From positions 3,405 to 67,404 of the forward strand of contig JAEWQJ010000043.1 in NCBI GenBank assembly GCA_023399215.1: a stretch of DNA of 64,000 nucleotides. The letters run 5' to 3'. The position numbers and the translations under genes are program-made. Below, one piece after another: positions 33,854 to 42,654 of the stretch. Source of the stretch: Methanobacteriota archaeon. Lineage in GTDB: Archaea; Halobacteriota; Methanosarcinia; Methanosarcinales; Methanosarcinaceae. Each line of letters opens with the position of its first letter. The stretch's first letter is position 1. The notes under the pieces are model-generated. The model was not told the origin of the DNA. It did not search any database and saw only the letters and a program-made list of their open reading frames with translations.

Positions 33854-34010
33854 TTAACAGTTGAAAATTAGAAAATTTAACATAACTGTGAATTAACTGT
33901 TAAATAACTTTTAATTGATTATTAATTAGTTATGGAATAACTATTAATCAGCTATTAAATATTTAAAGTAGTTATTAATAACTGTTAATTAACTATTAAG
34001 TAACTGTTAA
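33854..34010. repeat. Array of ~7 copies of the palindromic decamer TAAC(T/A)(G/A)TTAA
   Basis: TTAACAGTTGA is at 33854. TTAACTGTTAA is at 33893. TAACTATTAA is at 33938. TAACTGTTAA is at 33979. TTAACTATTAAG is at 33989. TAACTGTTAA is at 34001. All lie in the spacer upstream of secG. Confidence 0.7.
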
Positions 34011-34136
34011 ATTTCCTCTTAAATTTGGTAATTATCACATAATTTATAGTTCTGATATATAAATCCAGCAGAGAAACTTCTTAATAATCGGATTCTAAAC
34101 AGTTGAAGAGAATTCCTTTCTTGAAGCAGGTAATTC

Positions 34137-35156
34137 TCAAACAAGTACTTCGTCCAGGAGGAAGGGCGGGTAAAATACTCCTTTATCAGTAATTACCGCA
34201 GTTATGTTTTCCATGGGAGTTGCGTCAAAAGCAGGGTTGTAAACTTCCACGTCTTTTGGAGCAAGTTGTTCAGATCCGAAAAAGCGCAACTCATCCGGGT
34301 CTCGCATCTCTATTTTTACACTACCTTCCCAGCCATTGAAATCGAAAGTAGAGGTTGGAGCTGCTACATAAAAAGGAATATCATGCTCTTTTGCAAGAAT
34401 GGAGAGGGAATAGGTACCTATTTTGTTAAAAACGACATCTTGAGTAATCCTGTCAGCCCCTACAAGTACGCTGTCTACAAGCCCCTGCTGCATTACCCAT
34501 CCAGCCATAGAATCCGAAATAAGGGTTACTGGAATCTTATCCTGCATCAGTTCCCATGCAGTAATCCTGCTCCCCTGGTTCAGAGGCCTGGTCTCACAGG
34601 CAATAACCTTTATCTCTTTGCCTTCAGCAATAGCCGAGCGCACAACCCCAAGAGCTGTACCCCAGTCAACGCAGGCTAGCCTGCCTGCATTGCAGTGTGT
34701 GAGTACGGTATCTCCATCTTTCAGGAGTTTTGTCCCGGATTCACCTATCAATTTATTAGTGGTTACATCTTCTTCCGCAATATCCCTGGCTTCCTGAAGG
34801 GCAATTTCCCGGACCCCCTGCACATCAAAGGCATCTGAAACCGCTTTCAGAACTCTGTCCACACCCCAGCTAAGGTTTACTGCCGTAGGGCGGGTTGACT
34901 TAAGGGTTTTTCCTGCAACCTTAAGGTCTCTTATTATTGTTTCGAAATCTCTGGCCCCACTCAGAAAAGCTGCAAGGGCAATCCCGAAACCTCCTGCTGC
35001 ACCGAGAGCAGGCGCACCTCTGACCCGGAGAGATATTATAGCTTCACAGAGAGAACTCAGGGTTTTGCATTCTATTATCCTGTACTCTTTAGGGAGAAGG
35101 GTCTGGTCTACCAGCACCACGGAGTTGGACTCTTCCTTCCAGTCAATTGTCCTCAT
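34137..35156 (-). CDS. eIF-2B alpha/beta/delta-related isomerase (methylthioribose-1-phosphate isomerase-like, aIF-2BI family)
   Basis: From the ATG at 35156 the sequence reads MRTIDWKEESNSVVLVDQTLLPKEYRIIECKTLSSLCEAIISLRVRGAPALGAAGGFGIALAA. This is the MtnA/aIF-2BI N-terminus. The motifs THCNAG.LA, GTALGV and VGADRI are also present. The track start at 35225 adds 23 residues. Confidence 0.8.
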   Translation of the reverse strand: MRTIDWKEESNSVVLVDQTLLPKEYRIIECKTLSSLCEAIISLRVRGAPALGAAGGFGIALAAFLSGARDFETIIRDLKVAGKTLKSTRPTAVNLSWGVDRVLKAVSDAFDVQGVREIALQEARDIAEEDVTTNKLIGESGTKLLKDGDTVLTHCNAGRLACVDWGTALGVVRSAIAEGKEIKVIACETRPLNQGSRITAWELMQDKIPVTLISDSMAGWVMQQGLVDSVLVGADRITQDVVFNKIGTYSLSILAKEHDIPFYVAAPTSTFDFNGWEGSVKIEMRDPDELRFFGSEQLAPKDVEVYNPAFDATPMENITAVITDKGVFYPPFLLDEVLV

Positions 35157-35695
35157 TAAATCACTTTCCAATGTAAGCGTCAGATTCTGCCGGAAAAATT
35201 TCCGCTTTTCTTTCAAGCTCCCCATAAGATAAAAACCTATTCAACTGGCATGCCCTGTCACCCTCATATCGTTACTTTTTTCATATATAGACTGAATAAT
35301 TGGAGAAAGTTAAAATTAATTATATTAAAGATAATTCTTAAACCTTCGAATAACAAGAAAAATGCGGCAGGTCACGCTTTTGGCAACCAGCATTCACAAT
35401 AAAAACTTTGTTTAAAGAATAAGTAACACGTGAGATATAAATAAAGCAATCTCTTTTTTCATAGAAGCAAACTTACAAATAATAGATTTATAGAGTAACA
35501 GAGCAATAAGACAAGACTTAAAATCCATAGCTAAAATACAGGAAGTCATAATTTTCAGAAATATAAATTATTAATAAACTTCATGGACCTTGAATCCGTA
35601 AATCCTTGAATCTATAGATTCAGAAATCATAAAAGATCTTCATTTCATTAATGCGGTTTATGAGAATCTGGGTATTCATCGGAGAGTAAGCGCTT

Positions 35696-36796
35696 ATGAC
35701 AAAAATAAAAATAGCAATTGCAGGAATCGGGAACTGTGCAAGCTCTTTGATACAGGGCATTGAGTACTATAAAGTCGACGATAAAGAACCCATAGGACTG
35801 ATGCACAGGGAAATTGGAGGGTATAAACCTGGCGATATTCAAGTTGTTGCCGCCTTTGACATTGATGCCAGAAAAGTAGGAAAAGACGTCTCTGAAGCCA
35901 TCTTTGCTCCCCCGAACTGCACAGCAGTTTTTTGTCCTGATGTTCCGGCCACAGGTGTGAAGGTTAAAATGGGCAGGGTTCTCGATGGGGTCTCTGACCA
36001 TATGAAAAACTATAAGGAAAGTCAAACTTTTGTTGTCAGCAAGGAACAGGAAGCAACAAAAGCCGACATAGTGAACGAAATTAAAAAATCGGGTGCCGAT
36101 ATGCTTCTCAATTACCTGCCTGTAGGTTCTGAAGAAGCAGTCCGTTTTTATGCCGAGTGTGCCCTTGAAGCAGGTGTAGCTCTCGTTAATAATATGCCTG
36201 TTTTTATCGCAAGCAATCCAGAATGGGCAAAAAGATTTGAGGAAAAGAATATTCCGATCATTGGCGATGACGTAAAAGCTCAGCTTGGAGCTACTATCAC
36301 GCACAGGATTCTTGCAGATCTTTTCGAAAAACGAGGTGTAAAACTCGAAAGAACATACCAGCTCAACACTGGAGGAAATACGGATTTCCTGAATATGCTT
36401 AATAGGAATAGGCTTGCCTCCAAACGGGAATCAAAGACCGAAGCTGTTCAGTCCGTTCTTTCCAAGAAGCTTGATGACGACAATATCCACATCGGACCCA
36501 GTGACTACGTAGCCTGGCAAAAGGACAATAAGATTTGCTTCCTGAGAATGGAAGGCAAGCTTTTTGGAGATGTACCTATGAACCTTGAACTCCGACTTTC
36601 CGTAGAAGACTCTCCTAACTCTGGAGGTGTGGTAATCGATGCCATCCGATGCTGCAAGCTGGCTCTTGATCGCGGGATAGGAGGCGTGTTGTATTCTCCG
36701 GCTTCCTACTTTATGAAACATCCGGCGATTCAGTACCCTGACGACGAGGCTTACAGGCGGACTGAAGAATTTATATCTGGAACCAGAGAACGTTAA
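35696..36796 (+). CDS. ino1: myo-Inositol-1-phosphate synthase (archaeal type)
   Basis: 366 aa. The NAD-binding N-terminus is KIKIAIAGIGNCASSLIQGIEYY. LNYLPVGSE and the SKRESKTEAV region also fit. The size and motif order match archaeal/bacterial MIPS. Confidence 0.85.
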   Translation: MTKIKIAIAGIGNCASSLIQGIEYYKVDDKEPIGLMHREIGGYKPGDIQVVAAFDIDARKVGKDVSEAIFAPPNCTAVFCPDVPATGVKVKMGRVLDGVSDHMKNYKESQTFVVSKEQEATKADIVNEIKKSGADMLLNYLPVGSEEAVRFYAECALEAGVALVNNMPVFIASNPEWAKRFEEKNIPIIGDDVKAQLGATITHRILADLFEKRGVKLERTYQLNTGGNTDFLNMLNRNRLASKRESKTEAVQSVLSKKLDDDNIHIGPSDYVAWQKDNKICFLRMEGKLFGDVPMNLELRLSVEDSPNSGGVVIDAIRCCKLALDRGIGGVLYSPASYFMKHPAIQYPDDEAYRRTEEFISGTRER

Positions 36797-36932
36797 AATC
36801 CTGGTGAGAAATTCCTGTAAAAAGGAATTCTAAAAACCCCCGGAAGTACCGGGAGTTTTAAGTTTTTCTGTACAGAATGAATATTAAAAGATTCTTCTAA
36901 GCATTCTTTCCCGAGTTCTTAATTCGGTTCAT

Positions 36933-37118
36933 CGAACCTCTTCGGTTTATCCAATCTCTTTAGCTTAGCGAATTGGATTTCTTCGGTTTATTGAATTTTT
37001 TCAGCTTAGCGAATCTCTTCGGTTTATCCAATCTTTTCAGCTTAGCGAACCTCTTCGGTTTAGCGAATTTCCAACTTAGCGGATTTCTTCGGTTTATCCA
37101 ATCTCTTCAGCTTAGCGA
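36933..37118. repeat. ~5 x ~36-bp tandem repeat (CGAA-CTCTTCGGTTTATCCAATCTCTTCAGCTTAG)
   Basis: Units start at 36933, 36969, 37010, 37046/37064 (a split unit) and 37080. The last unit contains the radB stop codon. Confidence 0.8.
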
Positions 37119-37780
37119 ATCCCTTCTGCTGTAATTCTAAATTCTGCACTCGAACCTTCAGGGCAGGATCGATGTTTGTACAGAATGGCGCGCCTGGTTC
37201 CTTCGCCGGTTTTTTCAAGCTGGATAATCGTCTTTGAAATATGCTCCAGGGAACTACCGCCAAGCGGACGCACTCCCCCTGAAGTAATATCAGAATATAC
37301 CTGGTTGGTTATGACTGCAGCAAAACCGTATTTGCGGGCAAGGGCATGCAAATATCCTATCTGGCTGGCAAGTTCTCTGCGGCTTTTCATGCCTGTCTCA
37401 TCGTCTTCAAGCTCGAACCTGTAGTATGAGGTTGCAGAATCCAGGATCACGAGACCTATATTCTCACTGGCTATTCTCTCTACTTCCCTTACGGCCGCAT
37501 ATTGTTCCTCAAAATTCAGGGGTTCATAGATAATGATGCTTCTAGCTATTTCTTTTGCATTTTCCCCTGCAATCTGCTTGAATCGAGTAGGGGAAAGCCC
37601 TTCGGTATCTATGAAGATGACTCTCTGCCCTTGTTTTACGCATTCCACTGAAAGCTGGATACAGATATTTGTTTTCCCGGTTCCTGCAGGTCCGAAGATT
37701 TGAGTCACAATCCCTTTCTCGAAACCTCCTCCCAGAAGTTCGTCAAGAGGCTTGCAGCCGGAAGATAGTAATTTTTCTAT
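37112..37780 (-). CDS. radB: DNA repair and recombination protein RadB (start codon uncertain)
   Basis: Walker A is GPAGTGKTN and Walker B is LVILDS, with a RecA-fold core. The track starts at the GTG at 37708. However, the conserved pre-Walker segment LSSGCKPLDELLGGGFEKGIV is encoded in frame upstream, with no ATG/GTG/TTG there. An ATA at 37780 is preceded by the SD GAGGTG with a 7-nt spacer. Confidence 0.8.
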   Translation of the reverse strand: MEKLLSSGCKPLDELLGGGFEKGIVTQIFGPAGTGKTNICIQLSVECVKQGQRVIFIDTEGLSPTRFKQIAGENAKEIARSIIIYEPLNFEEQYAAVREVERIASENIGLVILDSATSYYRFELEDDETGMKSRRELASQIGYLHALARKYGFAAVITNQVYSDITSGGVRPLGGSSLEHISKTIIQLEKTGEGTRRAILYKHRSCPEGSSAEFRITAEGIR

Positions 37781-38601
37781 GAAGTGACACCTCTTTTGTG
37801 CTTGGTAAATATAACTGGCCCATGATATAACGTTTTTTTGTAATTTCCAACCTTTTCAGGAAAATTAAAGATTTTCTAAGAGGAATAAAAAGACAAAGTG
37901 GATATAAAAGAAATGCTCGGGTATAGATTCTTAGCCCCACCAAGAATTAAAAAAATTCACAAGAGTGCAGTGAAAATGAGAATGATAATTTGGCAATATT
38001 TTTTACAAAGTGTGAAGGAATAATTCCTTATACATGTTAGCCGTACTGTACCCGGCAAATCGGCTGTGGATATCCCTTAAAGCCTCCTGTGCTTGAAATT
38101 ATTTCCTTAAAGAAGACAGTTTTTCAAAAACAGGGGGCCTTAAATTTGTTATCAGATTTGATAACAAAGAGAACATCTTTGTATACAAAACAAAAGTGTT
38201 ATTGTATCCAGATAAGGGTTTCACTGTATCCAGACCTGAGGTAAAAAACTATTATTAAGGAGATAGGGCGTTTAGAATATTTACTTGAAAAATAAAGGTC
38301 ATTTTAACTTAGTAAAATGAAAAAAACAATATTATGGGGGTCACTCTATAGAAGCTGCACCCTTTTTCGATATTGTTTACTGATATTTGAAAATACAAAG
38401 TTGTAGGGACTTAAGGGTTAGCTGAGAAATGGTAACCCATGTGGGGCTTTGTTTTAGGCTGCAACGCGTTTTGTACCTGCGCGCTCACCCCCACAAACAA
38501 TATAAATAAATGTAAGATGTAACAAAGAAACAAGCCCCACACAAGAAACGGCAACTAAAAATTAGATTAAGAATTAGAGTAAAATCAGAGGGACGTAAAG
38601 C

Positions 38602-38853
38602 ATGGCAAAAATAATCATATATACAACGGAACGCTGTCCGAAATGCAATAAATTAAAAACTTTCCTGGAAGCACATTCAGTTGCTTTTGAGGTAGCAGAT
38701 ATGTCTACTCCCGAAGCTTTGACGGAACTGCGTTTCAACGGAGTCTTCACAGTGACAGCGCCTGTTTTACAGATCAATGATACTTTCCTTACGCACGAGG
38801 AACTCTTCAGTGGGGGAGAAGTAAACCCTGAAAAAATCCAAGAAATCCTGTGA
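38602..38853 (+). CDS. Glutaredoxin-like protein (NrdH-like redoxin)
   Basis: 83 aa. The CPKC active site sits in the context IIIYTTERCPKCNKLKTFL, on a thioredoxin fold. The gene lies immediately upstream of nrdD-nrdG. The SD is AGAGGGA. Confidence 0.75.
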   Translation: MAKIIIYTTERCPKCNKLKTFLEAHSVAFEVADMSTPEALTELRFNGVFTVTAPVLQINDTFLTHEELFSGGEVNPEKIQEIL

Positions 38854-38977
38854 TGAAGAAAATCCTGTGATAAAGAAAATCCTGTGATAATAGAGATCTG
38901 AAGTTAAAAATAAATTAAATGTTTCTTCAAATTTCACATTAAATTCTATTATTAAGACAATCACTGAAGATGAGAAA

Positions 38978-41362
38978 ATGACAAACGAGATTCTCTTACC
39001 CGATTATCAGTTATCTGACAATCAATCAGCCCAAAAGATGCTTGAAGAATTGTCCGTCTCTCCCCTCCCTAAAAATGACCAGTTATCTGACAACCAGCCA
39101 GTGCAAAAAACCCTTGACGGGATGTCTGTCTCCCCTCTCCCCAAGGTAAGGACAACTGATGGTTTCATTCTTAACTGGGACAGGAATATAATTGTAAAAC
39201 AACTCCTGAAAGAAACAAAATTAAGTGAAATCTTCTACAATAAGCCTTCAATCACAAAAGAAGAAGCCCTTGAGATTGCAAAGGACGCAGAAAAGATCAT
39301 TAAAAAGATGAATCTCAAGTTTCTCTCAGGGCCTCTTATCCGGGAAATCGTAAACAATATTCTGCTTGACAGGGGCCATGTTGAATGGAGAAATATCATG
39401 ACCAGGGTCGGGGCTTCGGTATACGATGCCTATGAAATCGATACCGGAGATGGTTTTGAAGCAAATGATAATGCAAACCAGCTGAACAACGCCGAAACCT
39501 CACATAAAAGAAAAGCCGATAAAATGTCCAAGGAGCAAAATCTCCTTCTAATGCCAAAAGAGCTTGCCGACCTTCACCTCAACGGAGATTTCCATATCCA
39601 TGACCTCGAATATATGGGCACAAGACCTTTTTGCCAGGACTGGGATCTCCGTTATTTCTTTTACTACGGACTCATGCCTGACGGAGTAGGAACCCAATCA
39701 AGCGTGGCAAAGCCTGCGAAGAATGCTGAGGTAGCTTTTCTTCATGCAGTAAAAGCTATGGGATCGGCTCAGACCAATTTTGCAGGTGGGCAAGGTTTTT
39801 ACAATTTCCTTACTTTTATGGCTCCCTATCTGGAAGGCAAGTCCGAAACCGAGATTAAACAGCTTATGCAGATGTTCGTCTATGAAATGATGCAGATGAT
39901 GTGTGCAAGAGGCGGACAGACTGTCTTTTCATCTGTGCAGCTTTCTCCTGGAGTACCAAAGCTCTGGAGAAACATTCCGATTGTCGCCATGGGTAAGGTA
40001 TGGGATGGAAAGCAGGCTCCGCTCAGAACCTACGGAGAATTTGAAAAAGAGGTTCGCCTTGGATTCAAGGCACTTATGGATGTCATGCTTGAAGGAGATG
40101 CCTGGGGCAAGCCTTTTAGCTTTCCCAAACCCGAGATTTCCATTGAGCCTGACTTTATGGAAGAAAATGCAGAATTTAATAAGGCTCACCCTGAGCTTCC
40201 TACTTATAAAGAGTTATACAGGTCGACTTTTGAGCTAGCTGCTAAATTCGGGACTCCCTATTTCGATAATCAGCTTCCAGAGTATAGGGGAGCAGGAGAA
40301 GGAATTTCATGTTATCAGTGCTGTGCATATCAGTTTTCCGCAAACCCTACAGATGATGTAGAGTTCGATGACAAACTTCATTTCAGGAATGGAAAACACT
40401 TTTCAATGGGTTCATGGATGGTTCTGTCTTTAAACTGCCCCAGAGCCGCATATAAAGCTGAACATAATGATGAAAAACTGTTCAATGAACTCAAAACCCT
40501 AATGAACAAGGGTGTAGAAGTTTTCAAAATAAAACGCAGATGGATGAACAGTCTTATTGAGAGAAATAGGATTCCTTTTGCTTCCCAGCGACCCAAAGAT
40601 CCGAATACAGGAGAAAAAGGAGCTATAGCCGTGGATTTCGAAAGTCTCGTCTATACTATAGGAGTAGTAGGAATCAATGAAATGGTTCAATATCACACAG
40701 GCTACCAGATCCATGAGTCTCCTGATGCATATAAGCTTGCGATCAGAGCTATGTTTGAAATGAAAATGCACGCTCAAAAGCTGTCACAGGAAACCGGCAT
40801 GGAGATTGCTCTTGCAAGAACGCCTGCAGAAACAACAGCTCAACGCTTTGCGGTATCAGACCTTCTGCATAAAGAGTATACAGAACAGGCAGAGTTCACA
40901 GCTAAAGGTGATTTGCAGGCTGCAAAAAGCGAAATGAATCAAACACATGACCTGCCAATATACTATAGCAATGGGACTCATGTTACAGTTGGTGCCGATA
41001 TATCTCTGCCCGAAAGGATAAATTACGAACATACTTTCTTCCCAATAGTAGATGGTGGAAATATCCTGCATGTATGGCTTGGAGAAGGACAGCCAGATCC
41101 AGATGGTCTTCAAGAGCTTGCAATGCATATATCAAAGAATACCCAGACAGGTTACTTTGCCTTTACAAAAGACATGACCGTATGCAAGGATGAAGGATAT
41201 GTAGCCAATGGGCTGCTGGACAAATGCCCGAAGTGTAAGTCTGAAAACGTGGAGCACCTATCAAGAATCACAGGATACCTCCAGGTGGTAGAAGGCTGGA
41301 ACAAAGGCAAGCGTCAGGAACTTCTGGACAGAAAGCGATACAACACAAAGGAACTCAGGTAA
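38978..41362 (+). CDS. nrdD: Anaerobic ribonucleoside-triphosphate reductase (class III)
   Basis: 794 aa. An ATP-cone-like segment is present (VRTTDGFILNWDRNIIVKQLLKETKL). The C-terminal Zn ribbon is CPKCKS. The glycyl-radical motif is LSRITGYLQVV. The N-terminus carries a tandem 24-aa duplication. Confidence 0.9.
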   Translation: MTNEILLPDYQLSDNQSAQKMLEELSVSPLPKNDQLSDNQPVQKTLDGMSVSPLPKVRTTDGFILNWDRNIIVKQLLKETKLSEIFYNKPSITKEEALEIAKDAEKIIKKMNLKFLSGPLIREIVNNILLDRGHVEWRNIMTRVGASVYDAYEIDTGDGFEANDNANQLNNAETSHKRKADKMSKEQNLLLMPKELADLHLNGDFHIHDLEYMGTRPFCQDWDLRYFFYYGLMPDGVGTQSSVAKPAKNAEVAFLHAVKAMGSAQTNFAGGQGFYNFLTFMAPYLEGKSETEIKQLMQMFVYEMMQMMCARGGQTVFSSVQLSPGVPKLWRNIPIVAMGKVWDGKQAPLRTYGEFEKEVRLGFKALMDVMLEGDAWGKPFSFPKPEISIEPDFMEENAEFNKAHPELPTYKELYRSTFELAAKFGTPYFDNQLPEYRGAGEGISCYQCCAYQFSANPTDDVEFDDKLHFRNGKHFSMGSWMVLSLNCPRAAYKAEHNDEKLFNELKTLMNKGVEVFKIKRRWMNSLIERNRIPFASQRPKDPNTGEKGAIAVDFESLVYTIGVVGINEMVQYHTGYQIHESPDAYKLAIRAMFEMKMHAQKLSQETGMEIALARTPAETTAQRFAVSDLLHKEYTEQAEFTAKGDLQAAKSEMNQTHDLPIYYSNGTHVTVGADISLPERINYEHTFFPIVDGGNILHVWLGEGQPDPDGLQELAMHISKNTQTGYFAFTKDMTVCKDEGYVANGLLDKCPKCKSENVEHLSRITGYLQVVEGWNKGKRQELLDRKRYNTKELR

Positions 41363-41411
41363 GAGTTCCTCAATCCTTTTCTGTACATAAAAACGTAAGA
41401 AATGGTAGGCT

Positions 41412-42194
41412 ATGAAAGTAAATTACGCAGGTACGGTTTCGATCTCGACAGTAGACTGGAGAGGAAAAGCCGCAGTCACTATCTTTTTTAGGGGATGTCC
41501 CCTTCGCTGCCCCTATTGCCAGAATCATCCTTACCTACAGGAACCAGATCCTGTAGAACTTGACTTTGTGAAGGAGCAGATTAAAAAATCAAAGCCTTTT
41601 GTGAGTGCAGTTGTATTTTCAGGAGGGGAGCCTCTTATGCAGAAAGCAATTTTGCCCCTTGCTGAATTTGCAAGGGAAATAGGACTTTCAATTGGGATTC
41701 ACACAAACGGCTACTATCCTGAAATGGCAAGTGAAATGGTTAAGCAAAAGCTGGTTGATAAATTTTTTATCGATATAAAAGCTTCCCCGGATGATCCTGA
41801 ACGTTACGGAAAAGTTACGGGCTGCGGAGAATCAGAAGCTGTGAAAGAAATTCCTGAACATATTACCGCATCTGTAATGAAAACACTTGAAATCGCAGAT
41901 TCCTGCGGCCTAGAACTGGAGCTTCGGACAACCTTAATCAGGAATTTTATAGGAAGCGAGGAAGAAATTGCCAGTATAGCTGCCTGGATCTCAAAACATA
42001 TGAAAAATAGAGAACTTACCTATGTACTGCAGCAGGGGATTCCGGAACATAGCTTGCAGGAAAATTTAAGAGAGCTACGGGTTCTGGAAAGGGAGGAACT
42101 ATATGAACTCGGTAAAATCGCAAAAAATTTTCTGGGAAATGTGAGAATTAGAACAAGGGAAAGCGGAGATGAAGTGATCTCTGACTCTGTATGA
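41412..42194 (+). CDS. nrdG: Anaerobic RNR activating protein (radical SAM)
   Basis: The radical-SAM cluster motif is CPLRCPYCQN. The SAM-binding motif is VVFSGGEPL. The gene lies directly downstream of nrdD. Confidence 0.85.
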   Translation: MKVNYAGTVSISTVDWRGKAAVTIFFRGCPLRCPYCQNHPYLQEPDPVELDFVKEQIKKSKPFVSAVVFSGGEPLMQKAILPLAEFAREIGLSIGIHTNGYYPEMASEMVKQKLVDKFFIDIKASPDDPERYGKVTGCGESEAVKEIPEHITASVMKTLEIADSCGLELELRTTLIRNFIGSEEEIASIAAWISKHMKNRELTYVLQQGIPEHSLQENLRELRVLEREELYELGKIAKNFLGNVRIRTRESGDEVISDSV

Positions 42195-42654
42195 TAGAAT
42201 CTGGCAGAATCCAGCACCTGATTTTGCCTGATCTAATCTGACAGTTTATTATTATTGCCTTGTTTTTTTCTCCTTGTACTTTTCTTTTTTGTCTGCATCG
42301 CGAATAAAATGTAAACTATTTCTCCTATAGAGTCATACAGAAAAACATACTTTAAGTTCAAATGGATTTGAAGTTTACAAAAGTCTTATACATTCCTAGA
42401 GATAAAAACAAATGTGAAGCCTTTAAGAAATTTATTTGAGAAAATTTGTTTATTCACTGCTCGTGGAAAGAAGTAGAATTTTTGAGATAAATATTTCCCC
42501 AATACCGAAAATGATATTAGAGAAACTGTCGGAATTTTTGTGTGACTTTACATGTTACACAAATTAAATAAAGGAGAGGAACTCAGTGATTTTTGGTTCA
42601 CAGAGTGCATTTATCTAGAAAAGAAAACAAAAATTATTTTTTTCAAAAAAGACC

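Noticed and set aside
38415-38440. TPP (THI-box) riboswitch suggested by GGGTTAGCTGAGAAATGGTAACCC
   Set aside because: Only the CUGAGA-containing hairpin is reminiscent of a TPP riboswitch. The pyrophosphate-sensor half (ACCTGATCTGGATAATGCCAGCG-like) is absent. The downstream genes are nrd genes, not thiamine genes. No THI-box was seen upstream of thiL or the NMT1-like ABC operon either.
38324-38505. Bacterial-type NrdR boxes upstream of nrdH/nrdD
   Set aside because: The ACAATAT-containing segments do not align acceptably to the 16-bp NrdR palindrome as I remember it. No nrdR gene is in the window.
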